Of a stretch of DNA of 64,000 nucleotides, positions 61,801 through 64,000 are shown one piece after another. The stretch's first letter is position 1. Each line of letters opens with the position of its first letter. The translations under genes were made by a program, and so were the position numbers. The notes under the pieces are model-generated. The model was not told the DNA's origin, searched no databases, and saw only the letters and a program-made list of their open reading frames with translations. The stretch lies in contig CM082595.2 of the NCBI GenBank assembly GCA_040954595.2, positions 1,738,635-1,802,634 of the forward strand. Reading direction: 5' to 3'. The stretch comes from Balanoglossus misakiensis (lineage: Eukaryota > Animalia > Hemichordata).

Positions 61801-63227
61801 TTATTGTCCAAATAAGGTAGTGTCTAATATTTGGAGTGTTGTTACACATTGTCTAAATTGTTGTAATGTCCATGGTTGATTCTGATTGTAACTTTCTGCC
61901 GAGACGTGACTGCTGCTACCAACACTGAAAGAAATGAGACAAAAACAGTTTTAATTTCAGATAAGATTGGTTTTAACATCTTTTTAAAAAGATGACAAAA
62001 ACTCCATATGATGTTTAATCACCATGACAACCTCATGCACTCACAGTGCAGTCTATCAGAATCAGGAACACTTGTCTGTTAGAAATTTCACATTACTGAC
62101 CTGATTGACACAGGGTCATTGAGCGTGAGCAGTATATCAGTTTCATACTGTGGCAATCTGAACAATGCTAGATGCACATTTATAGTGTTGTGGTCCTGTA
62201 ATAAAAACACAATTTCAGTGAATGTTGTAAGCCAGATAAGAATGGTACATCCCAATAAAATTTCTTCTAGTGTGGCTTCACTCACCTGTTCGTTAAATTT
62301 GGAGACCATCTGCTTTCCGCTCAGAAACCAAGCATTTTTACATCTGTGAAATAAAAATATTCCAAATCAAAGTTTTGTAGCAAAACATTCTGGTTGGCAT
62401 ACAACAGTATTTAATTATGGAAGTACTTTGACAGAACACCATCTGATTTAAATAATGCATGGTTATGTCACTTTTAACCCATTCAACACCATGGTTTGGT
62501 CCAAACCCATTGTTTTATCCTGTAAAGTTGGACCTCTATACAGGGAACTGGGGGTGAAAGGGTCAAACCATCTGGATATGTGTGTGATAAGGTATATGTG
62601 AGTGTAACTAAACATTTAACACTTACTGTTTCATAGCAATCTCTTCTGCTGCAATCTGTTCACGCACCGTGACTTCTGATGACAATGAACCATTACTCTC
62701 AGCAATATCTTGAAAGTGGTAACTGTCAGATGACAAAATGTTTTCACACTTCTGTTATTCTGCCTCAATACAAAGTTATGTCATTATGTCATCCTCCATG
62801 ATCAATCATAATGTCAATATCCCCCTTTACGTACCTTGGTGCATTCTGGTCCTCGATATTTTGATATTCCATGATTTCAATGATGATACTTTGATCTGTC
62901 GATGGATGTGTGAACACCTCCTGGTTGTCTGGAATTTCTCGTATGGAACTAAGAGTGGCATGATGGAAGAAAAAGAATCCTAGCATTAAACTGAAATAGA
63001 ATTTCTAGGATAACATCATGTGTATTTCAATACTTTCATTATAATGAAAGGGTCTGTTTCATAACCTCATATTGTTGTTGTAAGAGTTCAGTCCCAGACT
63101 AGACATGATAAGTGTGGTGGTACATCAAGATACATGAAAAAGATGTGCATCATTCCTACCTAACGTCATTGGCTCCTGGTGGTAGAACACCTATCATAGC
63201 ACCACCAAATAAAGGCTGATTCTCCAT
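61801..63227 (-). CDS. RANGRF: Ran guanine nucleotide release factor (MOG1), 6 coding exons
   Basis: PLFGGAM...[32 protein letters not shown]...YHFQDIA...GKQMVSKFNE...LALFRLPQYETDILLTLNDP...ILDTTLFG. Confidence 0.94.
62474..62566. mobile_element. Tiny MITE-like element with TTAA|CCC...GGG|TCAA ends (piggyBac-like); related solo ends at 43793-43813, 47478-47500 and 60056-60070
   Basis: TTAACCCATTCAACACCA ... TGGGGGTGAAAGGGTCAA; the motif (TTAA)CCCTTTCACCCCCA recurs on both strands in introns. Confidence 0.55.
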
Positions 63228-63838
63228 ATCCAACGTTTCCCTTGATTCTCAAGAAATGTACATGGGTTCCGTGAGAACGGTGCAGAAATCACTGTGTCTG
63301 GTCGTAAAATAATCAGATCTACGTTTGAGTCGATCGGATTTATATACTTGCGCTACACTCACTACGTCTGAACAACGTTTTAAGTAAAATCAAACAAGAT
63401 CTGGTTTAATCTAGCGTCAAACCAGAGGCAAGCACATGCTTTGTGTTGTTATGGCTCTTTGACCTTAGATGTCAAAGGTTACAGCCTCTTTTTCAACACC
63501 GAAGAAGTTCAGACTTCTTTATTTTGTCCACGGGGATGTGCAGAGTGAAATGGAAGTGTAATTGCTAAACAGCGAATACTGCCACCCCTGAAAACATAAT
63601 TTGCAGTCAGTTGGCATCTCATCTATTCAAATATAAAATTTGATGATAGATTGGGAAAATTCGTGATAGTTTATGGGGTTTTATCCCGAAAATAAACATA
63701 TCTGAAACAAACATCGTCTGTTGAAAGAATGGTAGATTCCTAGAAACCCTACATCGCCCTAAGTACATTTTAGTAGCGTGTAAACAATTAGCCGGGTTAC
63801 TAGTTATTTCCGACGTTTAGTGGGATTTTGGACTTAAA

Positions 63839-63961
63839 ATGCCCAAGAAAAGAAAGAAGACAAAATCTAAGCGATCTACTGTACCTGAGCCGCCAAAGGG
63901 ACCGGTTGATCCGATCCCTCCTCTTCCACCCGGACCTCCTAGACCAACACATCATGAATCG
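63839..63961 (+). CDS. First coding exon of an unidentified gene that continues beyond the window
   Basis: AAAATG start; MPKKRKKTKSKRSTVPEPPKGPVDPIPPLPPGPPRPTHHES (basic NLS-like and Pro-rich); donor G|GTGAGT; head-to-head with RANGRF. Confidence 0.65.
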
Positions 63962-64000
63962 GTGAGTTGATCGTTGACGTTTCTAATTATTTGCTGTTGT

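Overview
Intron-rich eukaryotic DNA from an invertebrate animal (probably a marine deuterostome; the species cannot be fixed from sequence alone). The ORF track mostly shows exon fragments, so I rebuilt genes from splice sites and reading phase. The left third (1-20 kb) is a lineage-specific cell-surface block. It holds the end of a trypsin-family protease, a small Ser-Gly proteoglycan-like membrane protein, and two paralogous single-pass receptors built from ten copies of a 6-Cys, Asp-rich module that I cannot name (one module per phase 1-1 exon), plus a duplicated stalk/TM tail cassette. The rest is a compact housekeeping block: CTDNEP1, an ankyrin+C2 protein, NDUFB5, PDE6D, PEX5, MRPL47, SLC8B1/NCLX, CDA, RANGRF/MOG1 and the first exon of an unidentified gene. 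Two transposon-linked rearrangements stand out. (1) Two apparently identical 1105-bp foldback elements in inverted orientation have swapped 9-bp target-site duplications. The 6.6-kb segment between them is therefore flipped, and it carries the missing first coding exon of CDA on the wrong strand. (2) A truncated non-LTR retrotransposon in PEX5 is flanked by a 513-bp direct repeat that duplicates, in frame, the exon matching the PEX7-binding exon of mammalian PEX5L. Either event could be real or an assembly artefact. Three U12-type introns (one AT-AC) are also visible.
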